A stretch of 63,817 nt of DNA, filler included, from Octopus bimaculoides (Eukaryota): the NCBI RefSeq assembly GCF_001194135.2. It is 7 parts of 7 records of this genome, joined end to end, with 100 filler letters (N's around TTAATTAATTAA, not from the genome) between each part and the next. Parts side by side here need not be neighbours in the genome. Positions count along the whole stretch, not along the records: positions 33,767 to 40,888 come from NC_068990.1; positions 40,989 to 43,092 come from NW_026329526.1; positions 43,193 to 57,155 come from NC_068983.1; 4 more parts are not named here. The stretch is one strand, 5' to 3'. Within the stretch, counting starts at the first letter, position 1; every line of letters starts with the position of its first letter. Shown piece after piece: positions 37,941-49,720 of the stretch. Below the pieces are notes generated by a model. The model had not been told where the DNA came from. It did not search any database and was given only the letters and a program-made list of their open reading frames with translations. Position numbers and translations under genes: made by a program.

Positions 37941-39104
37941 TGACACCATTATGTAGATTAATTTGTACAATTACTACAAAACTAAATAAATGACATAAAT
38001 ATCTGGATGAAAATGCATCCTGCTTACGAGCAACACCGAATATAGCATTATATACAATCAACCATCACACATAAAAGCATAGAGATATCACACAAGCAGA
38101 GGCAACAGAAAATATATTTTAAGAGCATCGACAAATCGTAGAAGATGCAGTGAAGAAAGTAAATTGATGCACTTCGATACTTAAACCATAAAATGATGCT
38201 AAATTTAGCTGATAGAACGAAAGAACAGAAGGTATATACTAAAAAATGGCAGATATATCACCTCGGTTTGTATAAAGGCCACACACATACTCCCTCAGTT
38301 ACGACCACTCGGGACCGTCAGTTACGACTACGCGGGTTCCAATTCATCTGATGATTGGAACAGTCTGATCGTGAAATTAGCGTGCAAATGGCCGAGCATT
38401 CCACAGACCTGCGTAGCTTTAACGTAGTTCTCAAGGAGATTCAGTGTGATAGAGAATGGGATGAGTTCGACCCTTTGAATTACAGGCACAATTCATTTTA
38501 CATTTTTGCCAGCTAAGGGGACTGGAGCAACACGAAATAAAATGTCTTGTTCAAGGACAGGAATCGAATCGAATGTACGACCTTAGGATTGTGAGCCGAA
38601 TATCCTAACCACTAAGCCATGGGTCTTCACAAGACTCCCTACACAACGAAAATACTAAAGATTAAAGACGGAAGGCAGAACGCGTTAAGTTGGATATAAA
38701 GATTGCCATTTTACTATTAACATAGTTATTATGAGGAACATTCAAAAGCTAACTTCAAATAAATTTAACAAGACAAAAAATGTAATAAAGAATGAAACGT
38801 TTTCTTTCATTCTTTTCCCATCCCACCCCAGGAGTCGCTATGCTGTTGTACAATTATTTATTGTTAGCTTTAAAATAACCAACCCCAAAAATGTTTTCGA
38901 TGAAAGCGAGAGATTGAGAAAGAAGAGAGAGAAAAAACTGACCAATCTATCAATATTACTTACATATTTAGCATTCCTTACAGCCAAACACTTTCTAGAA
39001 GTTGTTACAATGTTCATAGGTGAAGTTATCTGCGTTACGTTTGCATCCTATCCTGGAGGTTATTAAACTCGTCAGTCTTTCACGAAGCATCAGTCAGTGT
39101 CAAG

Positions 39105-39345
39105 CAGTGGTTCTCAACAAGAGGTCCATACGACCTTTGGGATTCCATTTAAGATTTTGATAAAATTTATCAGCAATAAATCGGTTTTACTTCTACAATA
39201 CAAAATATTTTAACAATTTTTAAAACAATTCCTCATAATATTTGATTATAAAAATACATGATTCTTCTCATATCTAAGTGCTAGGAGGGATTCATACGGG
39301 TAAATTAGGAATGATATGGGTAAAAGAATTGTTGAGAGACTCTGC
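39105..39345. mobile_element. hAT-like MITE (degenerate)
   Basis: GCAGTGGTTCTCAAC at the left and an imperfect complement GTTGAGAGACTCTGC at the right. Confidence 0.45.
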
Positions 39346-40379
39346 TTTAAAGGTTCAAATACTGGGGTAGATCTAATCCACTGGTCCTCTGTCCCCACCA
39401 GAAAAAAAAAAATTCGGGCGTTGTGTCTAGAGTAGAAAAGAATCGTTAGCACGCAGGGCGAAATGCATAGCGGTATTTCATCTGCCGCTAAGTTGTGAGT
39501 TCAAATTCCACCAAGGTCGACTTCACCTTTCATCCTTTCGGGGTCGATATATTAAGTACCAGTTGAGTACTGGAGTCGATGTAATCAACTATCCCCCTCT
39601 CCCAAATTTCAGGCCTTGTGCTTATGTTAGAAAGGATTATAAGTTTTGCGTTCTGCTCCACCGTTATTTTTTTCAGACCTCGGCTTCATTAGAATCCTAT
39701 TTATCCAAACACTATCTTAACAACCAAGCTTGCTTCTTTAACGAAATGACTCTGTGCGTGCTTGGTTTTGTGCACGCACGCGTGTGTGTGTGTGTGTGTG
39801 CAGATGAAGAAATCAACATGTAAGTATCCTTTGCATGTTATCCACCATAATAAGTATTATATTCTGAATGAAATGTTTAGCAGAAATATAACAGAAAATG
39901 CTTAGCGGTGTTTCGTCTGCCGCTACGTTCTGAGTTCAAATTCCGCCGAGGTCGACTTTGCCTTTCATCCTTTCGGGGTCGATAAATCAAGTACCAGTTA
40001 CGCACTGAGGTCGATGTAATTGACGTAATCCCTTGTTTGTCCCCTCTATGTTTAGCCCCTTGTGGGCAGTAAAGAAATATGAAATATAACATTTTGCGAA
40101 CGAGTCACTTGACCTCATTTCTGAAAGTCAGGTGAACAGAAAACATGAAGACTTTAGAAATACGTTAAAATACCAGCAGATGTTTAATCATGATTTAGCA
40201 TTGGGGACACCTAAATGATAACCATACTGTGCCCTTGAACAGTTTATATAACCCTTGCATAAATTTAGCTACACATTTGCGAACTGGATCACATTCTCGC
40301 TTCTTTCCCAAATGTCATATTCATGTATGTTTGTCTTGGTGTCTGTCGGCATGTACGTATGGGTTTATAAATATATATA

Positions 40380-40506
40380 CAGGGTGTCCACAAAGACTAG
40401 CTACAAGGAGTAAATAAAATCATAACATAAACAATTAAATATAAGAAATAATAATTTCTTAAAGTATGTGTTAATCCCCATGTACCAAGACTTTGTGGAC
40501 ACCCTG
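40380..40506. mobile_element. 127-bp Tc1/mariner-type MITE
   Basis: Perfect 16-bp TIRs CAGGGTGTCCACAAAG / CTTTGTGGACACCCTG, flanked by TA on both sides. Confidence 0.9.
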
Positions 40507-40989
40507 TATATCAATATATCGCTGCATTGATCACACTATCGGATTTTTTATACACTGCTGGTCACAATACGCTTCCTTGGATTGTTGTAGCTTTCGAGTG
40601 ATACTGCTCCGCTGGAGGCCAACATTTCCCCTGCAACGGTAGGCACGCCAGTCACATGGTTACCAGTCAACAATTGAGACGACGATAAGAACGAGAAGTC
40701 AATTGTTTTACTCAAGAATATAACGTAGAATGAACCTGGGAATTGAAAACACAATCTGACAATGATGTTTGCAACACGTTAGCAACTGGGCCAGCGCATT
40801 TATGTAATATGGTCTCACCTTAAGTTGTTCAGTCATTAGAATGTGATGATAGGGGACAGACACAGATACACAAATATATATATATATANNNNNNNNNNNN
40901 NNNNNNNNNNNNNNNNNNNNNNNNNNNNNNNNTTAATTAATTAANNNNNNNNNNNNNNNNNNNNNNNNNNNNNNNNNNNNNNNNNNNNG

Positions 40990-41550
40990 GTCAAACTGTT
41001 CTTTCATGAAGTCAACGATTTCGTCCATTGTCAAGTTGATATCTTTAGGTGGATTTTATTGGGTAGCCAGATTAGCAAGTTGCTTGTAAACAGTAGCAGT
41101 CTGATTGGTCAGGAACACTTGTGCCATGCGTTTTTCAGGTACAGCATTAGCAGCCACAAACGTACGGAATCTTGACCAGTAATCAGGCCATAGGTCTGTC
41201 GCTGAATCAAATGCAGCAAATGGTGGAATCGACACCATTGTTGAAGCAGCTGAAAAATAGCCACTAGGATCGCCTTCAACTTGTCGAGCACCAAACAGTT
41301 TTAACAGAGCGTCCATATCTCTCTGATGTTGTTGCATTTGCTTGTCCATTTGTTCCCTAAACAATTTAATAAGTTCTACTGTCTGTTTTTCAGCCATTGT
41401 TATTACGATGAATAATTTTACGGTAAAGTAAGCATGTATCCTATCAGCCCTATCGATCCTATCGGCGACGCCAATAAACTCTGTTGTATTTCCCTCGGAA
41501 GACTCACAGAGATAACACAACGAGTTATACAAATTTAATTATTACATTTA
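40990..41550 (-). mobile_element. Ty3/gypsy LTR retrotransposon 5' part: LTR end, PBS, gag
   Basis: LTR-like end ...AATACAACA at 41482 and an 18-nt PBS TGGCGTCGCCGATAGGAT at 41456-41473. Gag reads MAEKQTVELIKLF...PFAAFDSATDLWPDYWSRFRTFVAANAVPEKRMAQVFLTNQ...LATQ*NPPKDINNLTMDEIVDFMKEQFD, with one in-frame stop. Confidence 0.85.
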
Positions 41551-41973
41551 TTATTCAATTACATACAAAGNNNNNNNNNNNNNNNNNNNNNNNNNNNNNN
41601 NNNNNNNNNNNNNNNNNNNNNNNNNNNNNNNNNNNNNNNNNNNNNNNNNNNNNNNNNNNNNNNNNNNNNNNNNNNNNNNNNNNNNNNNNNNNNNNNNNNN
41701 NNNNNNNNNNNNNNNNNNNNNNNNNNNNNNNNNNNNNNNNNNNNNNNNNNNNNNNNNNNNNNNNNNNNNNNNNNNNNNNNNNNNNNNNNNNNNNNNNNNN
41801 NNNNNNNNNNNNNNNNNNNNNNNNNNNNNNNNNNNNNNNNNNNNNNNNNNNNNNNNNNNNNNNNNNNNNNNNNNNNNNNNNNNNNNNNNNNNNNNNNNNN
41901 NNNNNNNNNNNNNNNNNNNNNNNNNNNNNNNNNNNNNNNNNNNNNNNNNNNNNNNNNNNNNNNNNNNNNNNNN

Positions 41974-42660
41974 TTAATAGTCGATGACGTCCTCGGGGTC
42001 AGGAGTTCTATCGATAGACTTATATATATAGCAATCCCAAGGAATGAGTTTTAGCATTTGATCATTAATATGTTTAACAGTTTTATTCTTCGGAGCCAGA
42101 ATAGCCCTTTGGCCAATCCAATCCATATTCTGGATGGTGAAGTTTGGTGAAGGGGCTGTTTGCAAGGCGTATTTGAAACTGCAAATATAGCTGTTGTGCT
42201 CATGAAGCATGTTTTGCAGACTGAGTAGAGCGTCCCTGTCAAAATGTCAATGTCAGTGTTTGCAGGTGGTGGAAACGCTGAACCACACACCAAGTTGCCT
42301 ACTGTAGTTGGAAATGAAGTAAATTTGGAGGAACGAAGGCTTGCAATTTTGTAGTGGCTGGAGTGACCTGATAAGATGGTACACCTGTCCCTGGACCTTG
42401 AAACTAGGCATCCAACCACTGTCTGTAACAACATTAGCCCCGAAAGAAGTCATCTGAAACACACAATTGTAATTTCTGATGATTTGAAGGAATTTTGATG
42501 ACCTTGAGGTAGAAGCAGTAAGTAGCTCCTTCAAAGGCTGTGGCGGTTCTGGAAAAGGGGGCAAGCTGACCTTACCGTTTAAGCAGCACATTCCTAGCCT
42601 CACCCCTACTAGTATACTTTCCAGTGCATTACTTCCCCTTAACCACTTACACCAAACCAA
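41974..42660 (-). mobile_element. Internally deleted Helitron RepHel remnant
   Basis: GMCCLNGKVSLPPFPEPPQPLKELL...IRNYNCVFQMTSFGA...FKVQGQVYHLI...FLQIYF (Helitron N-terminal region), then LHEHNSYICSFKYAL joined to QRAILAPKNKTVKHINDQML...YKSID (Pif1 helicase C-terminal motif). Confidence 0.85.
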
Positions 42661-42884
42661 ACTTATATTATAGATAAACACACAAAATACCTAACACATA
42701 TTCTACGTTACCCTACTCCAAACCTACATAATAAACCAATAATTATATATCTTCTCCTCTACATCCTACGCTAGCCTATGTATGCATATAATTCTTTTTG
42801 ACCAAGAACAACCTAAGATACTTACAAGCTAACTTTCCCTTCTCACCCTCTTTTTCTATATGCACTCTTCATAACAAAATAGTA

Positions 42885-43020
42885 TTACAGCAATGAGTCT
42901 TTCTACATGCGACACATTGGCCTGGCATACATAGCATTATGCTTCTGATGTGTTTGTGAAAGCGGTGCCCAAGGTGTCGCCCTGTATCTCCAATGTAAAA
43001 AGCACTATGTCAATCCAACA
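42885..43020 (-). mobile_element. GIY-YIG endonuclease remnant of a Penelope-like element
   Basis: Minus strand FYIGDTGRHLGHRFHKHIRSI...PGQCVA matches the GIY-YIG YIGETxRxLxxRFxEH motif. A stop lies just upstream. Confidence 0.7.
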
Positions 43021-45646
43021 ATCTTCCCCCTCCCTCCTACCACCCATCTCTCCCCTCTCCTCCCCCAGCTGCTCCGACTCCTACTTCTCTGTNNNNNNNN
43101 NNNNNNNNNNNNNNNNNNNNNNNNNNNNNNNNNNNNTTAATTAATTAANNNNNNNNNNNNNNNNNNNNNNNNNNNNNNNNNNNNNNNNNNNNATATATAT
43201 ATATATATATATATATAAGTGGAATACGTGCAAGTTGCAGTATATCCTGGGGAAAGCTAAAAGTTAATGGATAAAGAGAAATTCAACAAGGATAACAGTG
43301 AATAAGATGTAAGGAAATTGAAAAACACAAATAATAATAATAATCTCAGGAATAAGAAGAAACCTAAGTGAAATCAAGTAATAATAATAATAATAATCGG
43401 CAGGAAGCTGATTTGGATAAAGGATGTTGTTTGGACATCACAGTGGTTATGGGCATGCGGGTGTGTTTGGAGTGCACTGTTTAATCTTAGTGAGTTTCTT
43501 GCCTGTGGTCACTGTCCTTAATGGCAGCAGTGTCAATTATGTTTTTAGGAGAAGAGGAGGGGGAGAAAGGGAAACAATTATGGGGAAGTGATGAGGGAGA
43601 ATAAGAAGAGAAGTATCTTATGTTCATGGAAAATTATAATTGATAATGCAATAGTAGATGAAATGAGTTCTACGTATGATTGAGATGACTATTATCAACG
43701 AAAGTTTTATATTCAATGATCATACAGGAAATCAAAATTAGGGTCAAGCCATGATTCCTAGAAAACATTTTCTTTCTTTTCATTCAATGTGCAATCATAA
43801 TTATGACTTCAGAAAATATATCATGGTTGGTAGATAACCTTCCTGAATAAGTAGTGATTTGTGGATAAGTAATTTGTGTGATTCGGTGAATAATCTTAGT
43901 AATTCTTCAGAAATTATCTTGTGGGAAAAATCAATTCCTTGTAGATAGTATTTCAGGGTCTGAAGAGAAAGCTGTTTAATGATTTGAGAAATAAGATATC
44001 ATAATACTCTGTATGCTTTTTATTGTTGTATTTTTTTGCCTTCTAAGTCTCACCAAGGCCTTTAAGCATCAATGCTTACTTGTAGTAATATGGTGTATGA
44101 GAAAAACTCTTTCACCGAATAGAAAGTTGGTGTATCACAAATCTCATTCCCAGATAATCTGTCACCTATTCCCAACAGCTTGATGAACTGAAGTAATGTA
44201 GATTAGAACATTTTGTCTAGAAATAATAGAAGCCCCACCCCGACCAGTAGATCTGAAATCATGACAAATGAGAAGAATATTAGTGAGAGTAGAAGATTCA
44301 AACAGATGGACTTAAGTAAGTATTGAGGAAAAGACATTAAGCTTAACGACAAATATTTTCATCATTTCAACAAGTATGGGAGACAACTCTGATTATGTTT
44401 TGGTCTTATTGGCATTTTTCTGTAAAACTTATCCCTCACCACATGTTGCAATAGTAACATGTATGACGAGAATCACTAAGAAGTTGTATGATCTTGTACA
44501 TTAGTAGATGTGAAAAATTAACATATTAAAAAAAGAAAACAGTAAAACTCAAAGACAAAATAAAGTTTGTTCATTTTTGTCCTCTGACTTCTATATATGT
44601 TAGTATGGTGAATATTTGAATGAAAAAAGTGTCTTAAATAACACTCATTCAACAAGCTCAAGCAAATATTCTTCAGCAGCTACTTTTAAATGATGTAACC
44701 AGTATTTGTATAAACAATCTTTTCAACAAAGCTTAATTAGGTCTCATAAGAATTGCAAGATAAAAGTTAAATATTTTTTCCATGCTTTTGTAGTGAAGGA
44801 TACAAAAATATATTTTGTAATACTTTTTACTCTATAGTCATGTTGTAAAATTATAAATCAGTTGCAAGGCTAACAGTTACTTTTATCCAATGTTTCCAAG
44901 TTCAAATCTAAGCATCTTTTGTTTTCTATTTGTTTCAGTCATTAAACTGCAGCCATGCTGGGGCACTGTTTTGAGAGAATTTTCAGTCTAATGAATCGAC
45001 CCCAGTACCTTTTTATCTTTTAAGCCTGGCATTTCTTTTATTGGTCTCTTTTGCCAAATTGATAGGTTACAGGGATGTAAGCATACCAACACTGGTCGTC
45101 AAGCAGTGGTGGGAAACAAAACACAGACACAAAGACACATACACACACACACACACACACAATGGGCTTCTTTCAGTTTCCATATCCCAAATCCACTTAC
45201 AAATTTTTGGTCAGCCTGAGGCTATAGTAGAAGACACTTGCCTAAGGGTTCCACACAGTAAGACTGAACCTGGAACCATGTGGTTGGGAGGCAAGCTTCT
45301 TACTATACAGTCATGCCTCTGCATGTCAAATTATTCCTCTTTTTTATCACTAAATTTATAAGTAATGATTCTTCAACAATCTCTTGCACTATTTATAAAT
45401 TTTCACCCTCTAGGATATTTTATTTTATTTTATTTATTTATTTATTGGTGGTTGGGGGCAGTTAATTGATCTGAATATGAATTTAAATGAAAGAATGTGA
45501 AAATAGTAATATATACATGAAATGAAATAGAAATAAAAAGAAAAGATAAATGAATCTAAATAAATTTTTCAACAAACCTGGTTACCATTATCTGACAAGC
45601 AGTTGGTGTTAACCTGTAAAGTACTTATGGATATATAGATATTTTT

Positions 45647-45883
45647 TAAATTTCTTTATTGCCCACAAGGGGCTAAACATAGAGGGGACAAACAAGGACA
45701 GACAAAGGGATTAAGTCAATTACATCGACCCCAGTGCGTAACTGGTACTTAATTTATCAATCCCGAAAGGATGAAAGGCAAAGTCGACCTCGGCGGAATT
45801 TGAACTCAGAACATAACGGCAGACGAAATACGGCTAAGCATTTCGCCCGGCGTGCTAACGTTTCTGCCAGCTCGCCGGCTTAT
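45647..45883 (-). mobile_element. Young family A SINE with 16-bp TSD in the TULP4 intron
   Basis: Full head-to-tail copy; TSD ATATATAGATATTTTT at 45631-45646 and 45884-45899. Confidence 0.9.
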
Positions 45884-45918
45884 ATATATAGATATTTTTC
45901 TGTTGAATTATTTCTTAC

Positions 45919-46146
45919 CTTCACTGTGGGAGAGAACAGTGCCTTCACACCATTTCTAAGTTTACTTGGTAAAGGTAATTTCCTGAGTTTATTTTCTTCT
46001 CGAATGGCTTTCTGTATAGTTCTTTGGCAATAAAACTGGAGTGGGGGCACTATCTTGCTAATCCAAGCTACATAAATCTCACAGCCTGATGCTATAAACA
46101 ACCTGCGGTCATTGTGGCCCCATGTCAGAGCAGTCACTGGTCTTCC
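45919..46146 (-). CDS. TULP4: Internal coding exon (228 nt, phase 0-0) of tubby-related protein 4 (WD40 end plus SOCS box)
   Basis: A pyrimidine tract and CAG acceptor precede 46146, and a GTAAGA donor follows 45919. GRPVTALTWGHNDRRLFIASGCEIYVAWISKIVPPLQFYCQRTIQKAIREENKLRKLPLPSKLRNGVKALFSPTVK is colinear with human TULP4 as recalled (RPIISICWGHRDSRLLMASG...SLQLLCQQAIASTL...KLTLPPRL...FIPTIK). Confidence 0.88.
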
Positions 46147-47878
46147 CTGAAAAAGAAGGAAAGAAACAATAAATCAAGTTGAAGCAGAATAGAAACAATA
46201 AACTATCTGATTTTCTTTCAAATTTTTAACCATTGTAGCTTCATTTAGCTGAATACTTGGCAGTTATACCTACTTACTCTTGAGTGTTTCCTTATTTCCA
46301 TATCCATTAAAACCAGTCGAAAATAATTCACTATGTATCTATATTGATTAAACTGATTTCAACCTGATATACACTATTCTCATGACTATCATATCCTACA
46401 TACTTTGATATTGTTCTCCTCTTGCAGACATGAAGATTTTGATAAACCATCTTATTTACAACATACCATTCTACTGGAGACCATCTCTGATCCTATAGCA
46501 CAAAATGCATTGTTCTAAAATGTTCATATTAATATTATAATTTTCCATCATAATTTTATGTAAGAACCTTTTATTATGTTCCAAACACTAGCACAATAAT
46601 GAAAAATCCCGTTAACCAGATATACTTTCAAAATCTTAAGTATTTTCAAAATTTATTGAAGCACATATATAGTGCATTTCATTAGAATTATGGCCGTTAA
46701 AAAATTGTTTATTCAAAGTCTTTTATGAGAAAAAAATACTGCATATTATGAAAATAATACATTATTCCATATAAGCCTATTTGGGAGAAACACTGTAAAA
46801 GGATTAGATATCTCAGAGCACTAAATGGTGTGCTATTTGAATATCAGTCATATGGAAACAGAATAAACATGAGAGGAAACTGTGAAAGAGCCTGAAATAA
46901 TTGCTGCTCTTGAAAGATATACTGTATCCTATACTGAAATTGGTATTAGAGCAGATCATCACAATGGGGACCAGGGTAGTCCTCTCTAAATCCTTGTACT
47001 CCAATATATGTAACCAGATATACTACATCTAACTAGGAGTATACCTAGTTAGGTGTAGTCAGTATGTAAACTAGAACATCCAGCTAAGAAGACCTGAAGA
47101 AGGAATTGTAATTCTGAAATATCATCGGACTATAGATAACCAAATTACAACAAGTATATAGTCCATTTCTTGTTTTATAGTGCATTGTCGTACCATTCTA
47201 AACTTTTATTCTTTACAAACAATACACAATGCTTCAAGCGAACTACAATACTCTATCTATTTCTGTATTATGGAATAACATATAGTGCAATACACCTAGA
47301 AGCTGAACCCCTCTGGTATTACAGGTCAGTCATGGCTCCAGATACCAGCCCCTACGAAGATAATTTACAGTACAATTACAATATAGTCAAAACCTTCTAC
47401 TTTTTCCTTATGTGCAATAATGACTTGCTTCTAATGCACTACAATGTAGATGATATCACCCTTTACACCTCCTTAACTTTCTGTTCATGTGTGCTCATCC
47501 TGCTTACAATCTAGATACCTTATACCATCCTTGCACAGACTTCTGTTTTGATATTTGTTTAGTGAAGCAACACAAAGACTATTGATTCAGTCAAATCATG
47601 CGATCAGGTTTCAAGGAGATACAAAAGTCTAATCTGCTTCAACAGCCTTAGCAGTTAACTAGAGGTTTGATTGCATTACCTATCACAATACATATCGAGG
47701 ATGTTTTGTACATCTTTCCTACATTTAAACAGGATAGAATTATAACCACAAAGTTTCACAACAAGTAACATTTTATAGTAAACTCATATGCATAACATTG
47801 CTAAAACAACAACCCCCACTAAAATGTAGTTGCTCTTCAGGAGTAAAGAAATATTTCAACCTTTATCATTATTATTAT

Positions 47879-48319
47879 TAAGGTGGTGAGCTGGTAAAAT
47901 CATCAGCACACCAGACAAAATGCTTAGTAGCATTTCTTCTGCCTTTACATTCTAAGTTCAAGTGCTGCTGAGGTAAACTTTGCTTTCATCCTTTCAGGGT
48001 CAATAAAGTGAGTACTAGTTGAGCACTGAAGTTGATGCAATTAACTAGCCCCCTCTCACCAAAATTTCAAGGCTTGTGCCTATAGTATAAAGGGTTGTCA
48101 TTGTTGTCATTATCATCAATGATGATGAGGAGCAAACTGGCAGAATCGTTAGCATGCCAGACAAAGTGCTTGATAGCAATCCATCTGTCTTTATAGTTTG
48201 AATTCAAATTCTGCCAAGACTGAATTTGCCTTTCAGCCTTTCAGGGTCAATAAAATAAACACCACTTGAATACTAGCCCCCTCCCTGAATATTTGTGCCC
48301 ATAGTAGAAAGGATTATAA

Positions 48320-48320
<1 letters not shown>
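47879..48320 (+). mobile_element. Two tandem family A SINEs
   Basis: AAGGTGGTGAGCTGGTAAAATC after an (ATT)n tract and a second GAGCAAACTGGCAGAATCG head; both end GTGCCTATAGTA.AA.GG, the second followed by (ATT)n. Confidence 0.8.
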
Positions 48321-48369
<49 letters not shown>

Positions 48370-48789
48370 TACCCTCTACAAAACTCAAGTAAGTCATATC
48401 AAGACCAAAGCTGCTTCTACATACATATGACTTAACTGTATCTTCCCCTACTACAAAGGAATAGTTTTCTCTAAACTAGCTAGTTGCACTTCTTTGTCCT
48501 CAGTTGCATGAATCACATTTGTCAATCTGCTACTCATCACTTCTACAGTAACCCACCCCCAAGATCTTGTACTAAACACTTCACCTAATCTTTTTTTCTG
48601 ATAACAGTATCCATCTAGAATTGGTTTTCTGCCTATGAGCTTTCTCAGTAATGATCAACTACCAATGATCAAACTAAACATCAACTACATTAGTATCACC
48701 AATGTAGGAGTTTTTGCAGTGGTCATGGAAACTGCACCTCTTTAATTTAAAGCAGAGTATTTATAGCATAAATTATAATTTATTCATAC

Positions 48790-49720
48790 TGGAAGCCAGT
48801 ATGCTCCACTGGATGTGTAATGTTAGTGTGCATACTCGACAGAATGTAAGTGCCATGAGAGAAAAGTTGGACCTAAGAAGCATCAGTTGTGGTGTGCAAG
48901 AGAGACGACTGCGCTGGTATGGTCATGTGGTGAGAATGGATGAAGACAGCTGTGTGAAAAAGTGTCACCCTAGCAGTTGAGGGAACCTGTGGAAGAGGTA
49001 GACCCAGGAAGACCTGGGATGAGGTGGTGAAGCAAGACCTTTGAACATTAGGCCTCACCGAGGCAATGACTAGTGACCTTTGGAAATATGCTGTGCTTGA
49101 GAAGACCTGGCAAGCCAAGTGAGACCATAACCTGTGCCCTATGCCAGTGGTGTAACCAGCCCACTTATGCCTACCTTTCCTTTATTGGATACTAAACTCT
49201 GTTTGCGAAGACCTGTTTGCGAAGACCTGTTGAGGCAAGTGAAATCAAAATCAAATTTGATGACAGCACCGCATGACTGGCATCTGTGCTAAGAGCACCA
49301 TCCAAGCATGATTGTTGCCAGGGCCGTGAACTGGCTCCTGTGCTCGTGGCACGTAAAAAACAACATTTGAGCTTGATCGTTACCAGCGTTGTTTTACTAG
49401 CACTTGTGCTGGTGGCATGTGAAAAACAACATTCGAGCAAGGTTGTTGCAAGTGCCGCTGAACTGGCTCCTGTGCAGGTGGCACGTAAAAAACACCATTT
49501 GAGCATGGCCGTTACCAGTACCGCCTGACTGGCCCTCATGCCAGTGGCACGTAAAAGCACCCACTACACTCTTGGAGTAGTTGACATTAGGAAAGGCATC
49601 CAGCTGTAGAAACTCTGCCAAATCAGATTGGAGCCTAGTGTAGCCATCTGGCTCGCCAGTCCTCAGTCAAACCACCCAACCCATGCCAGTATGGAAAGTG
49701 GACATTAAATGATGATGACC
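48790..49720 (+). mobile_element. RTE-clade LINE 3' end (ORF C-terminus plus 3' UTR); a 3' UTR fragment also lies at 56935-57154 (-)
   Basis: EASMLHWMCNVSV...RRLRWYGHVVRMDEDSCVKKC...GRGRPRKTWDEVVKQD is the RTE/BovB C-terminal motif. The UTR has repeated GGCACGTAAAA..CACC units and ends in a (GAT)n tail. Confidence 0.9.

Noticed and set aside
38340-38380. CTGATGA...GAAA pattern
   Set aside because: It lies in a diverged family B SINE whose intact copies lack CTGATGA, and it has no stem pairing.
40548-40850. GC-balanced segment with a short ORF as a possible exon
   Set aside because: No recognisable protein motif or paired splice sites; left unassigned.
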